Position numbers and translations under genes: made by a program | Shown here: positions 26,191 through 27,323 of the stretch, one piece after another | Position numbering within the stretch: the stretch's first letter is position 1 | Layout of the letters: each line of letters opens with the position of its first letter | From: Paracoccaceae bacterium | Lineage (GTDB): Bacteria > Pseudomonadota > Alphaproteobacteria > Rhodobacterales > Rhodobacteraceae | Assembly (NCBI GenBank): GCA_026984895.1 | Contig: JALSRF010000503.1 | Span: 1 to 27,323 of the forward strand | Reading direction: 5' to 3' | DNA: 27,323 nt | Notes under the pieces: model-generated | Databases searched by the model: none | Told to the model about the DNA's origin: nothing | What the model saw: only the letters and a program-made list of their open reading frames with translations

Positions 26191-27323
<1,133 letters not shown>

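Overview
High-GC alphaproteobacterial chromosome segment; the gene content and order look Rhodobacteraceae-like (inference). It is mostly core metabolism: HAD pyrimidine nucleotidase, Ubi-type flavin hydroxylase, class V aminotransferase, two tandem Lrp regulators divergent from ilvC, an SDH-type Clp-fold peptidase, a long minus-strand run (glyQ, small Cys-rich membrane-anchored protein, glyS, PPDK-like protein, SleB-type cell wall hydrolase, extended folB, folP, glmM), a divergent peptidoglycan-binding trypsin-like protein, SAM-II riboswitch-metZ-folE2, GST, yciB, an EamA transporter, a short MgtC-family protein and the 3' part of ftsY. I found no mobile element, CRISPR array, tRNA or rRNA. 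The best leads are altered enzymes: a PPDK homologue with intact PEP and phospho-His domains but an apparently eroded ATP/Pi domain, a FolB fused to what looks like a degenerate amino-acid-kinase-fold domain, and a trypsin-like protein lacking all three catalytic residues. The riboswitch has a readable terminator/antiterminator, and short tandem duplications are frequent in spacers and protein linkers. Family assignments are from motif recognition and memory, not database searches.
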